Shown in pieces: positions 1 through 14,200 of a stretch of 64,000 nucleotides of DNA. Source of the stretch: Lingula anatina (taxonomy: Eukaryota; Animalia; Brachiopoda); the NCBI GenBank assembly GCA_051362555.1, contig CM120641.1, positions 22,819,901 to 22,883,900 of the forward strand, in the 5' to 3' direction. The notes beneath the pieces were generated by a model. It was given only the letters and a program-made list of their open reading frames with translations. It was not told where the DNA came from and did not search any database. A program made the position numbers and the translations under genes. Numbering within the stretch: the stretch's first letter is position 1; each line of letters starts with the position of its first letter.

Positions 1-3
1 AAA

Positions 4-3000
4 ATGACCCGTCAAAAATTTTTCCAAAAAGTGATGAAAATCAATTTACCACACCTGACATTCATAAAAAATGTGGAAACGCACCCGGGTCACTTCATTA
101 AAGCCCCCAATTTCAGCTTTAAAGATTGCCAGAAAGCACACCTGAGAACAGGATTTGGAGAGGGGGGGGTGGAGAGAGTTTTTGCTCTATTTCTTCCTTA
201 ATAATGATACAACCACTCTTCCAGTACTTTATCCTCACTACAAATGACCAAACACACCTACCTGACACAATATTGAAGAAAAAAATTTTTCATCCCTACC
301 TGGCCAAAATTGAAGAAAACTGCCATATCCGGACCTTACGAAAATCACTCAAAATCACCCAAAAATGACCCGTCAAAAATTTTTCCAAAAAGTGATGAAA
401 ATCAATTAACCACACCTGACATTCATAAAAAATGTGGAAACGCGCCCGGGTCACTTCATTAAAGCCCCCAATTTCAGCTATAAAGATTGCCAGAAAGCAC
501 ACCTGAGAACAGGATTTGGAGAGGGGGGGGTGGAGAGAGTTTTTGCTCTATTTCTTCCTTAATAATGATACAACCACTCTTCCAGTACTTTATCCTCACT
601 ACAAATGACCAAACACACCTACCTGACACAATATTGAAGAAAAAAATTTTTCATCCCTACCTGGCCAAAATTGAAGAAAACTGCCATATCCGGACCTTAC
701 GAAAATCACTCAAAATCACCCAAAAATGACCCGTCAAAATTTTTTCCAAAAAGTGATGAAAATCAATTTACCACACCTGACATTCATAAAAAATGTGGAA
801 ACGCGCCCGGGTCACTTCATTAAAGCCCCCAATTTCAGCTTTAAAGATTGCCAGAAAGCACACCTGAGAACAGGATTTGGAGAGGGGGGGGTGGAGAGAG
901 TTTTTGCTCTATTTCTTCCTTAATAATGATACAACCACTCTTCCAGTACTTTATCCTCACTACAAATGACCAAACACACCTACCTGACACAATATTGAAG
1001 AAAAAAATTTTTCATCCCTACCTGGCCAAAATTGAAGAAAACTGCCATATCCGGACCTTACGAAAATCACTCAAAATCACCCAAAAATGACCCGTCAAAA
1101 ATTTTTCCAAAAAGTGATGAAAATCAATTTACCACACCTGACATTCATAAAAAATGTGGAAACGCGCCCGGGTCACTTCATTAAAGCCCCCAATTTCAGC
1201 TTTAAAGATTGCCAGAAAACACACCTGAGAACAGGATTTGGAGAGGGGGGGGGGGGGGTGGAGAGAGTTTTTGCTCTATTTCTTCCTTAATAATGATACA
1301 ACCACTCTTCCAGTACTTTATCCTCACTACAAATGACCAAACACACCTACCTGACACAATATTGAAGGAAAAAATTTTTCAACCCTACCTGGCCAAAATT
1401 GAAGAAAACTGCCATATCCGGACCTTACGAAAATCACTCAAAATCACCCAAAAATGACCCGTCAAAAATTTTTCCAAAAAGTGATGAAAATCAATTTACC
1501 ACACCTGACATTCATAAAAAATGTGGAAACGCGCCCGGGTCACTTCATTAAAGCCCCCAATTTCAGCTTTAAAGATTGCCAGAAAGCACACCTGAGAACA
1601 GGATTTGGAGAGGGGGGGGGGGGGTGGAGAGAGTTTTTGCTCTATTTCTTCCTTAATAATGATACAACCACTCTTCCAGTACTTTATCCTCACTACAAAT
1701 GACCAAACACACCTACCTGACACAATATTGAAGAAAAAAATTTTTTCATCCCTACCTGGCCAAAATTGAAGAAAACTGCCATATCCGGACCTTACGAAAA
1801 TCACTCAAAATCACCCAAAAATGACCCGTCAAAAATTTTTCCAAAAAGTGATGAAAATCAATTTACCACACCTGACATTCATAAAAAATGTGGAAACGCG
1901 CCCGGGTCACTTCATTAAAGCTCCCAATTTCAGCTTTAAAGATTGCCAGAAAGCACACCTGAGAACAGGATTTGGAGAGGGGGGGGTGGAGAGAGTTTTT
2001 GCTCTATTTCTTCCTTAATAATGATACAACCACTCTTCCAGTACTTTATCCTCACTACAAATGACCAAACACACCTACCTGACACAATATTGAAGAAAAA
2101 AATTTTTCATCCCTACCTGGCCAAAATTGAAGAAAACTGCCATATCCGGACCTTACGAAAATCACTCAAAATCACCCAAAAATGACCAGTCAAAAATTTT
2201 TCCAAAAAGTGATGAAAATCAATTTATCACACCTGACATTCATAAAAAATGTGGAAACGCGCCCGGGTCACTTCATTAAAGCCCCCAATTTCAGCTTTAA
2301 AGATTGCCAGAAAGCACACCTGAGAACAGGATTTGGAGAGGGGGGGGTGGAGAGAGTTTTTGCTCTATTTCTTCCTTAATAATGATACAACCACTCTTCC
2401 AGTACTTTATCCTCACTACAAATGACCAAACACACCTACCTGACACAATATTGAAGAAAAAAATTTTTCATCCCTACCTGGCCAAAATTGAAGAAAACTG
2501 CCATATCCGGACCTTACGAAAATCACTCAAAATCACCCAAAAATGACCAGTCAAAAATTTTTCCAAAAAGTGATGAAAATCAATTTACCACACCTGACAT
2601 TCATAAAAAATGTGGAAACGCGCCCGGGTCACTTCATTAAAGCCCCCAATTTCAGCTTTAAAGATTGCCAGAAAGCACACCTGAGAACAGGATTTGGAGA
2701 GGGGGGGGTGGAGAGAGTTTTTGCTCTATTTCTTCCTTAATAATGATACAACCACTCTTCCAGTACTTTATCCTCACTACAAATGACCAAACACACCTAC
2801 CTGACACAATATTGAAGAAAAAAATTTTTCATCCCTACCTGGCCAAAATTGAAGAAAACTGCCATATCCGGACCTTACGAAAATCACTCAAAATCACCCA
2901 AAAATGACCCGTCAAAAATTTTTCCAAAAAGTGATGAAAATCAATTTACCACACCTGACATTCATAAAAAATGTGGAAACGCGCCCGGGTCACTTCATTA

Positions 3001-6000
3001 AAGCCCCCAATTTCAGCTTTAAAGATTGCCAGAAAGCACACCTGAGAACAGGATTTGGAGAGGGGGGGGGTGGAGAGAGTTTTTGCTCTATTTCTTCCTT
3101 AATAATGATACAACCACTCTTCCAGTACTTTATCCTCACTACAAATGACCAAACACACCTACCTGACACAATATTGAAGAAAAAAATTTTTCATCCCTAC
3201 CTGGCCAAAATTGAAGAAAACTGCCATATCCGGACCTTACGAAAATCACTCAAAATCACCCAAAAATGACCCGTCAAAAATTTTTCCAAAAAGTGATGAA
3301 AATCAATTTACCACACCTGACATTCATAAAAAATGTGGAAACGCGCCCGGGTCACTTCATTAAAGCCCCCAATTTCAGCTTTAAAGATTGCCAGAAAGCA
3401 CACCTGAGAACAGGATTTGGAGAGGGGGGGGGGGAGAGAGTTTTTGCTCTATTTCTTCCTTAATAATGATACAACCACTCTTCCAGTACTTTATCCTCAC
3501 TACAAATGACCAAACACACCTACCTGACACAATATTGAAGAAAAAAATTTTTCATCCCTACCTGGCCAAAATTGAAGAAAACTGCCATATCCGGACCTTA
3601 CGAAAATCACTCAAAATCACCCAAAAATGACCCGTCAAAAATTTTTCCAAAAAGTGATGAAAATCAATTTACCACACCTGACATTCATAAAAAATGTGGA
3701 AACGCGCCCGGGTCACTTCATTAAAGCCCCCAATTTCAGCTTTAAAGATTGCCAGAAAGCACACCTGAGAACAGGATTTGGAGAGGGGGGGGGGAGAGAG
3801 TTTTTGCTCTATTTCTTCCTTAATAATGATACAACCAATCTTCCAGTACTTTATCCTCACTACAAATGACCAAACACACCTACCTGACACAATATTGAAG
3901 AAAAAAATTTTTCATCCCTACCTGGCCAAAATTGAAGAAAACTGCCATATCCGGACCTTACGAAAATCACTCAAAATCACCCAAAAATGACCCGTCAAAA
4001 ATTTTTCCAAAAAGTGATGAAAATCAATTTACCACACCTGACATTCATAAAAAATGTGGAAACGCACCCGGGTCACTTCATTAAAGCCCCCAATTTCAGC
4101 TTTAAAGATTGCCAGAAAGCACACCTGAGAACAGGATTTGGAGAGGGGGGGGTGGAGAGAGTTTTTGCTCTATTTCTTCCTTAATAATGATACAACCACT
4201 CTTCCAGTACTTTATCCTCACTACAAATGACCAAACACACCTACCTGACACAATATTGAAGAAAAAAATTTTTCATCCCTACCTGGCCAAAATTGAAGAA
4301 AACTGCCATATCCGGACCTTACGAAAATCACTCAAAATCACCCAAAAATGACCCGTCAAAAATTTTTCCAAAAAGTGATGAAAATCAATTAACCACACCT
4401 GACATTCATAAAAAATGTGGAAACGCGCCCGGGTCACTTCATTAAAGCCCCCAATTTCAGCTATAAAGATTGCCAGAAAGCACACCTGAGAACAGGATTT
4501 GGAGAGGGGGGGGTGGAGAGAGTTTTTGCTCTATTTCTTCCTTAATAATGATACAACCACTCTTCCAGTACTTTATCCTCACTACAAATGACCAAACACA
4601 CCTACCTGACACAATATTGAAGAAAAAAATTTTTCATCCCTACCTGGCCAAAATTGAAGAAAACTGCCATATCCGGACCTTACGAAAATCACTCAAAATC
4701 ACCCAAAAATGACCCGTCAAAATTTTTTCCAAAAAGTGATGAAAATCAATTTACCACACCTGACATTCATAAAAAATGTGGAAACGCGCCCGGGTCACTT
4801 CATTAAAGCCCCCAATTTCAGCTTTAAAGATTGCCAGAAAGCACACCTGAGAACAGGATTTGGAGAGGGGGGGGTGGAGAGAGTTTTTGCTCTATTTCTT
4901 CCTTAATAATGATACAACCACTCTTCCAGTACTTTATCCTCACTACAAATGACCAAACACACCTACCTGACACAATATTGAAGAAAAAAATTTTTCATCC
5001 CTACCTGGCCAAAATTGAAGAAAACTGCCATATCCGGACCTTACGAAAATCACTCAAAATCACCCAAAAATGACCCGTCAAAAATTTTTCCAAAAAGTGA
5101 TGAAAATCAATTTACCACACCTGACATTCATAAAAAATGTGGAAACGCGCCCGGGTCACTTCATTAAAGCCCCCAATTTCAGCTTTAAAGATTGCCAGAA
5201 AACACACCTGAGAACAGGATTTGGAGAGGGGGGGGGGGGGTGGAGAGAGTTTTTGCTCTATTTCTTCCTTAATAATGATACAACCACTCTTCCAGTACTT
5301 TATCCTCACTACAAATGACCAAACACACCTACCTGACACAATATTGAAGGAAAAAATTTTTCAACCCTACCTGGCCAAAATTGAAGAAAACTGCCATATC
5401 CGGACCTTACGAAAATCACTCAAAATCACCCAAAAATGACCCGTCAAAAATTTTTCCAAAAAGTGATGAAAATCAATTTACCACACCTGACATTCATAAA
5501 AAATGTGGAAACGCGCCCGGGTCACTTCATTAAAGCCCCCAATTTCAGCTTTAAAGATTGCCAGAAAGCACACCTGAGAACAGGATTTGGAGAGGGTTGG
5601 GTGGAGAGAGTTTTTGCTCTATTTCTTCCTTAATAATGATACAACCACTCTTCCAGTACTTTATCCTCACTACAAATGACCAAACACACCTACCTGACAC
5701 AATATTGAAGAAAAAAATTTTTTCATCCCTACCTGGCCAAAATTGAAGAAAACTGCCATATCCGGACCTTACGAAAATCACTCAAAATCACCCAAAAATG
5801 ACCCGTCAAAAATTTTTCCAAAAAGTGATGAAAATCAATTTACCACACCTGACATTCATAAAAAATGTGGAAACGCGCCCGGGTCACTTCATTAAAGCTC
5901 CCAATTTCAGCTTTAAAGATTGCCAGAAAGCACACCTGAGAACAGGATTTGGAGAGGGGGGGGTGGAGAGAGTTTTTGCTCTATTTCTTCCTTAATAATG

Positions 6001-6520
6001 ATACAACCACTCTTCCAGTACTTTATCCTCACTACAAATGACCAAACACACCTACCTGACACAATATTGAAGAAAAAAATTTTTCATCCCTACCTGGCCA
6101 AAATTGAAGAAAACTGCCATATCCGGACCTTACGAAAATCACTCAAAATCACCCAAAAATGACCAGTCAAAAATTTTTCCAAAAAGTGATGAAAATCAAT
6201 TTATCACACCTGACATTCATAAAAAATGTGGAAACGCGCCCGGGTCACTTCATTAAAGCCCCCAATTTCAGCTTTAAAGATTGCCAGAAAGCACACCTGA
6301 GAACAGGATTTGGAGAGGGGGGGGGTGGAGAGAGTTTTTGCTCTATTTCTTCCTTAATAATGATACAACCACTCTTCCAGTACTTTATCCTCACTACAAA
6401 TGACCAAACACACCTACCTGACACAATATTGAAGAAAAAAATTTTTCATCCCTACCTGGCCAAAATTGAAGAAAACTGCCATATCCGGACCTTACGAAAA
6501 TCACTCAAAATCACCCAAAA
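4..6520. repeat. Higher-order duplication: at least 7 marked monomers repeated at an 11-monomer (~3983 bp) offset
   Basis: An ordered variant series appears in monomers 4-2542 and again in 3987-6520: GCACCC; TTAACC+GCTATA; CAAAATTTTTT; AAAACAC+GAAGGAAA+TCAACCC; extra T; AAGCTCCC; GACCAGT+TTATCAC. Confidence 0.9.
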
Positions 6521-9500
6521 ATGACCCGTCAAAAATTTTTCCAAAAAGTGATGAAAATCAATTTACCACACCTGACATTCATAAAAAATGTGGAAACGCG
6601 CCCGGGTCACTTCATTAAAGCCCCCAATTTCAGCTTTAAAGATTGCCAGAAAGCACACCTGAGAACAGGATTTGGAGAGGGGGGGGTGGAGAGAGTTTTT
6701 GCTCTATTTCTTCCTTAATAATGATACAACCACTCTTCCAGTACTTTATCCTCACTACAAATGACCAAACACACCTACCTGACACAATATTGAAGAAAAA
6801 AATTTTTCATCCCTACCTGGCCAAAATTGAAGAAAACTGCCATATCCGGACCTTACGAAAATCACTCAAAATCACCCAAAAATGACCCGTCAAAAATTTT
6901 TCCAAAAAGTGATGAAAATCAATTTACCACACCTGACATTCATAAAAAATGTGGAAACGCGCCCGGGTCACTTCATTAAAGCCCCCAATTTCAGCTTTAA
7001 AAATTGCCAGAAAGCACACCTGAGAACAGGATTTGGAGAGGGGGGGGTGGAGAGAGTTTTTGCTCTATTTCTTCCTTAATAATGATACAACCACTCTTCC
7101 AGTACTTTATCCTCACTACAAATGACCAAACACACCTACCTGACACAATATTGAAGAAAAAAATTTTTCATCCCTACCTGGCCAAAATTGAAGAAAACTG
7201 CCATATCTGGACCTTACGAAAATCACTCAAAATCACCCAAAAATGACCCGTCAAAAATTTTTCCAAAAAGTGATGAAAATCAATTTACCACACCTGACAT
7301 TCATAAAAAATGTGGAAACGCGCCCGGGTCACTTCATTAAAGCCCCCAATTTCAGCTTTAAAGATTGCCAGAAAACACACCTGAGAACAGGATTTGGAGA
7401 GGGGGGGGTGGAGAGAGTTTTTGCTCTATTTCTTCCTTAATAATGATACAACCACTCTTCCAGTACTTTATCCTCACTACAAATGACCAAACACACCTAC
7501 CTGACACAATATTGAAGAAAAAAATTTTTCATCCCTACCTGGCCAAAATTGAAGAAAACTGCCATATCCGGACCTTACGAAAATCACTCAAAATCACCCA
7601 AAAATGACCCGTCAAAAATTTTTCCAAAAAGTGATGAAAATCAATTTACCACACCTGACATTCATAAAAAATGTGGAAACGCGCCCGGGTCACTTCATTA
7701 AAGCCCCCAATTTCAGCTTTAAAGATTGCCAGAAAGCACACCTGAGAACAGGATTTGGAGAGGGGGGGGTGGAGAGAGTTTTTGCTCTATTTCTTCCTTA
7801 ATAATGATACAACCACTCTTCCAGTACTTTATCCTCACTACAAATGACCAAACACACCTACCTGACACAATATTGAAGAAAAAAATTTTTCATCCCTACC
7901 TGGCCAAAATTGAAGAAAACTGCCATATCCGGACCTTACGAAAATCACTCAAAATCACCCAAAAATGACCCGTCAAAAATTTTTCCAAAAAGTGATGAAA
8001 ATCAATTTACCACACCTGACATTCATAAAAAATGTGGAAACGCGCCCGGGTCACTTCATTAAAGCCCCCAATTTCAGCTTTAAAGATTGCCAGAAAACAC
8101 ACCTGAGAACAGGATTTGGAGAGGGGGGGGGGGTGGAGAGAGTTTTTGCTCTATTTCTTCCTTAATAATGATACAACCACTCTTCCAGTACTTTATCCTC
8201 ACTACAAATGACCAAACACACCTACCTGACACAATATTGAAGAAAAAAATTTTTCAACCCTACCTGGCCAAAATTGAAGAAAACTGCCATATCCGGACCT
8301 TACGAAAATCACTCAAAATCACCCAAAAATGACCCGTCAAAAATTTTTCCAAAAAGTGATGAAAATCAATTTACCACACCTGACATTCATAAAAAATGTG
8401 GAAACGCGCCCGGGTCACTTCATTAAAGCCCCCAATTTCAGCTTTAAAGATTGCCAGAAAACACACCTGAGAACAGGATTTGGAGAGGGGGGGGGGGTGG
8501 AGAGAGTTTTTGCTCTATTTCTTCCTTAATAATGATACAACCACTCTTCCAGTACTTTATCCTCACTACAAATGACCAAACACACCTACCTGACACAATA
8601 TTGAAGAAAAAAATTTTTCATCCCTACCTGGCCAAAATTGAAGAAAACTGCCATATCCGGACCTTACGAAAATCACTCAAAATCACCCAAAAATGACCCG
8701 TCAAAAATTTTTCCAAAAAGTGATGAAAATCAATTTACCACACCTGACATTCATAAAAAATGTGGAAACGCGCCCGGGTCACTTCATTAAAGACCCCAAT
8801 TTCAGCTTTAAAGATTGCCAGAAAGCACACCTGAGAACAGGATTTGGAGAGGGGGGGGGGGGTGGAGAGAGTTTTTGCTCTATTTCTTCCTTAATAATGA
8901 TACAACCACTCTTCCAGTACTTTATCCTCACTACAAATGACCAAACACACCTACCTGACACAATATTGAAGAAAAAAATTTTTCATCCCTACCTGGCCAA
9001 AATTGAAGAAAACTGCCATATCCGGACCTTACGAAAATCACTCAAAATCACCCAAAAATGACCCGTCAAAAATTTTTCCAAAAATGATGAAAATCAATTT
9101 ACCACACCTGACATTCATAAAAAATGTGGAAACGCGCCCGGGTCACTTCATTAAAGCCCCCAATTTCAGCTTTAAAGATTGCCAGAAAGCACACCTGAGA
9201 ACAGGATTTGGAGAAAGGGGGGGCGGAGAGAGTTTTTGCTCTATTTCTTCCTTAATAATGATACAACCACTCTTCCAGTACTTTATCCTCACTACAAATG
9301 ACCAAACACACCTACCTGACACAATATTGAAGAAAAAAATTTTTCATCCCTACCTGGCCAAAATTGAAGAAAACTGCCATATCCGGACCTTACGAAAATC
9401 ACTCAAAATCACCCAAAAATGACCCGTCAAAAATTTTTCCAAAAAGTGATAAAAATCAATTTACCACACCTGACATTCATAAAAAATGTGGAAACGCACC

Positions 9501-11224
9501 CGGGTCACTTCATTAAAGCCCCCAATTTCAGCTTTAAAGATTGCCAGAAAGCACACCTGAGAACAGGATTTGGAGAGGGGGGGGGGGGTGGAGAGAGTTT
9601 TTGCTCTATTTCTTCCTTAATAATGATACAACCACTCTTCCAGTACTTTATCCTCACTACAAATGACCAAACACACCTACCTGACACAATATTGAAGAAA
9701 AAAATTTTTCATCCCTACCTGGCCAAAATTGAAGAAAACTGCCATATCCGAACCTTACGAAAATCACTCAAAATCACCCAAAAATGACCCGTCAAAAATT
9801 TTTCCAAAAAGTGATGAAAATCAATTTACCACACCTGACATTCATAAAAAATGTGGAAACGCGCCCGGGTCACTTCATTAAAGCCCCCAATTTCAGCTTT
9901 AAAGATTGCCAGAAAGCACACCTGAGAACAGGATTTGGAGAGGGGGGGGTGGAGAGAGTTTTTGCTCTATTTCTTCCTTAATAATGATACAACCACTCTT
10001 CCAGTACTTTATCCTCACTACAAATGACCAAACACACCTACCTGACACAATATTGAAGAAAAAAATTTTTCATCCCTACCTGGCCAAAATTGAAGAAAAC
10101 TGCCATATCCGGACCTTACGAAAATCACTCAAAATCACCCAAAAATGACCCGTCAAAAATTTTTCCAAAAAGTGATGAAAATCAATTTACCACACCTGAC
10201 ATTCATAAAAAATGTGGAAACGCGCCCGGGTCACTTCATTAAAGCCCCCAATTTCAGCTTTAAAGATTGCCAGAAAACACACCTGAGAACAGGATTTGGA
10301 GAGGGGGGGTGGAGAGAGTTTTTGCTCTATTTCTTCCTTAATAATGATACAACCACTCTTCCAGTACTTTATCCTCACTACAAATGACCAAACACACCTA
10401 CCTGACACAATATTGAAGAAAAAAATTTTTCATCCCTACCTGGCCAAAATTGAAGAAAACTGCCATATCCGGACCTTACGAAAATCACTCAAAATCACCC
10501 AAAAATGACCCGTCAAAAATTTTTCCAAAAAGTGATGAAAATCAATTTACCACACCTGACATTCATAAAAAATGTGGAAACGCGCCCGGGTCACTTCATT
10601 AAAGCCCCCAATTTCAGCTTTAAAGATTGCCAGAAAGCACACCTGAGAACAGGATTTGGAGAGGGGGGGTGGAGAGAGGTTTTGCTCTATTTCTTCCTTA
10701 ATAATGATACAACCACTCTTCCAGTACTTTATCCTCACTACAAATGACCAAACACACCTACCTGACACAATATTGAAGAAAAAAATTTTTCATCCCTACC
10801 TGGCCAAAATTGAAGAAAACTGCCATATCCGGACCTTACGAAAATCACTCAAAATCACCCAAAAATGACCCGTCAAAAATTTTTCCAAAAAGTGATGAAA
10901 ATCAATTTACCACACCTGACATTCATAAAAAATGTGGAAACGCGCCCGGGTCACTTCATTAAAGCCCCCAATTTCAGCTTTAAAGATTGCCAGAAAGCAC
11001 ACCTGAGAACAGGATTTGGAGAGGGGGGGTGGAGAGAGTTTTTGCTCTATTTCTTCCTTAATAATGATACAACCACTCTTCCAGTACTTTATCCTCACTA
11101 CAAATGACCAAACACACCTACCTGACACAATATTGAAGAAAAAAATTTTTCATCCCTACCTGGCCAAAATTGAAGAAAACTGCCATATCCGGACCTTACG
11201 AAAATCACTCAAAATCACCCAAAA

Positions 11225-14200
11225 ATGACCCGTCAAAAATTTTTCCAAAAAGTGATGAAAATCAATTTACCACACCTGACATTCATAAAAAATGTGGAAA
11301 CGCGCCCGGGTCACTTCATTAAAGCCCCCAATTTCAGCTTTAAAGATTGCCAGAAAGCACACCTGAGAACAGGATTTGGAGAGGGGGGTGGGTGGAGAGA
11401 GTTTTTGCTCTATTTCTTCCTTAATAATGATACAACCACTCTTCCAGTACTTTATCCTCACTACAAATGACCAAACACACCTACCTGACACAATATTGAA
11501 GAAAAAAATTTTTCATCCCTACCTGGCCAAAATTGAAGAAAACTGCCATATCCGGACCTTACGAAAATCACTCAAAATCACCCAAAAATGACCCGTCAAA
11601 AATTTTTCCAAAAAGTGATGAAAATCAATTTACCACACCTGACATTCATAAAAAATGTGGAAACGCGCCCGGGTCACTTCATTAAAGCCCCCAATTTCAG
11701 CTTTAAAGATTGCCAGAAAGCACACCTGAGAACAGGATTTGGAGAAAGGGGGGGCGGAGAGAGTTTTTGCTCTATTTCTTCCTTAATAATGATACAACCA
11801 CTCTTCCAGTACTTTATCCTCACTACAAATGACCAAACACACCTACCTGACACAATATTGAAGAAAAAAATTTTTCATCCCTACCTGGCCAAAATTGAAG
11901 AAAACTGCCATATCCGGACCTTACGAAAATCACTCAAAATCACCCAAAAATGACCAGTCAAAAATTTTTCCAAAAAGTGATGAAAATCAATTTACCACAC
12001 CTGACATTCATAAAAAATGTGGAAACGCGCCCGGGTCACTTCATTAAAGCCCCCAATTTCAGCTTTAAAGATTGCCAGAAAGCACACCTGAGAACAGGAT
12101 TTGGAGAGGGGGGGGGTGGAGAGAGTTTTTGCTCTATTTCTTCCTTAATAATGATACAACCACTCTTCCAGTACTTTATCCTCACTACAAATGACCAAAC
12201 ACACCTACCTGACACAATATTGAAGAAAAAAATTTTTCATCCCTACCTGGCCAAAATTGAAGAAAACTGCCATATCCGGACCTTACGAAAATCACTCAAA
12301 ATCACCCAAAAATGACCCGTCAAAAATTTTTCCAAAAAGTGATGAAAATCAATTTACCACACCTGACATTCATAAAAAATGTGGAAACGCGCCCGGGTCA
12401 CTTCATTAAAGCCCCCAATTTCAGCTTTAAAGATTGCCAGAAAGCACACCTGAGAACAGGATTTGGAGAAAGGGGGGGGCGGAGAGAGTTTTTGCTCTAT
12501 TTCTTCCTTAATAATGATACAACCACTCTTCCAGTACTTTATCCTCACTACAAATGACCAAACACACCTACCTGACACAATATTGAAGAAAAAAATTTTT
12601 CATCCCTACCTGGCCAAAATTGAAGAAAACTGCCATATCCGGACCTTACGAAAATCACTCAAAATCACCCAAAAATGACCCGTCAAAAATTTTTCCAAAA
12701 AGTGATGAAAATCAATTTACCACACCTGACATTCATAATAAATGTGGAAACGCACCCGGGTCACTTCATTAAAGCCCCCAATTTCAGCTTTAAAGATTGC
12801 CAGAAAGCACACCTGAGAACAGGATTTGGAGAGGGGGGGGTGGAGAGAGTTTTTGCTCTATTTCTTCCTTAATAATGATACAACCACTCTTCCAGTACTT
12901 TATCCTCACTACAAATGACCAAACACACCTACCTGACACAATATTGAAGAAAAAAATTTTTCATCCCTACCTGGCCAAAATTGAAGAAAACTGCCATATC
13001 CGGACCTTACGAAAATCACTCAAAATCACCCAAAAATGACCCGTCAAAAATTTTTCCAAAAAGTGATGAAAATCAATTTACCACACCTGACATTCATAAA
13101 AAATGTGGAAACGCGCCCGGGTCACTTCATTAAAGCCCCCAATTTCAGCTTTAAAGATTGCCAGAAAGCACACCTGAGAACAGGATTTGGAGAGGGGGGG
13201 GGTGGAGAGAGTTTTTGCTCTATTTCTTCCTTAATAATGATACAACCACTCTTCCAGTACTTTATCCTCACTACAAATGACCAAACACACCTACCTGACA
13301 CAATATTGAAGAAAAAAATTTTTCATCCCTACCTGGCCAAAATTGAAGAAAACTGCCATATCCGGACCTTACGAAAATCACTCAAAATCACCCAAAAATG
13401 ACCCGTCAAAAATTTTTCCAAAAAGTGATGAAAATCAATTTACCACACCTGACATTCATAAAAAATGTGGAAACGCGCCCGGGTCACTTCATTAAAGCCC
13501 CCAATTTCAGCTTTAAAGATTGCCAGAAAGCACACCTGAGAACAGGATTTGGAGAGGGGGGGGTGGAGAGAGTTTTTGCTCTATTTCTTCCTTAATAATG
13601 ATACAACCACTCTTCCAGTACTTTATCCTCACTACAAATGACCAAACACACCTACCTGACACAATATTGAAGAAAAAAATTTTTCATCCCTACCTGGCCA
13701 AAATTGAAGAAAACTGCCATATCCGGATCTTACGAAAATCACTCAAAATCACCCAAAAATGACCCGTCAAAAATTTTTCCAAAAAGTGATGAAAATCAAT
13801 TTACCACACCTGACATTCATAAAAAATGTGGAAACGCGCCCGGGTCACTTCATTAAAGCCCCCAATTTCAGCTTTAAAGATTGCCAGAAAGCACACCTGA
13901 GAACAGAATTTGGAGAGGGGGGGGGTGGAGAGAGTTTTTGCTCTATTTCTTCCTTAATAATGATACAACCACTCTTCCAGTACTTTATCCTCACTACAAA
14001 TGACCAAACACACCTACCTGACACAATATTGAAGAAAAAAATTTTTCATCCCTACCTGGCCAAAATTGAAGAAAACTGCCATATCCGGACCTTACGAAAA
14101 TCACTCAAAATCACCCAAAAATGACCCGTCAAAAATTTTTCCAAAAAGTGATGAAAATCAATTTACCACACCTGACATTCATAAAAAATGTGGAAACGCG

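Noticed and set aside
327-343. CENP-B-box-like 17-mer (minus strand TTTCGTAAGGTCCGGAT; 7 of 9 essential positions, 8 of 9 in the GGATCTT variant at 13728, 16626, 20606)
   Set aside because: Under uniform base composition a 7/9 match is expected about once per 361-bp monomer scanned on both strands, and essential positions are missing. It is not evidence without binding data.
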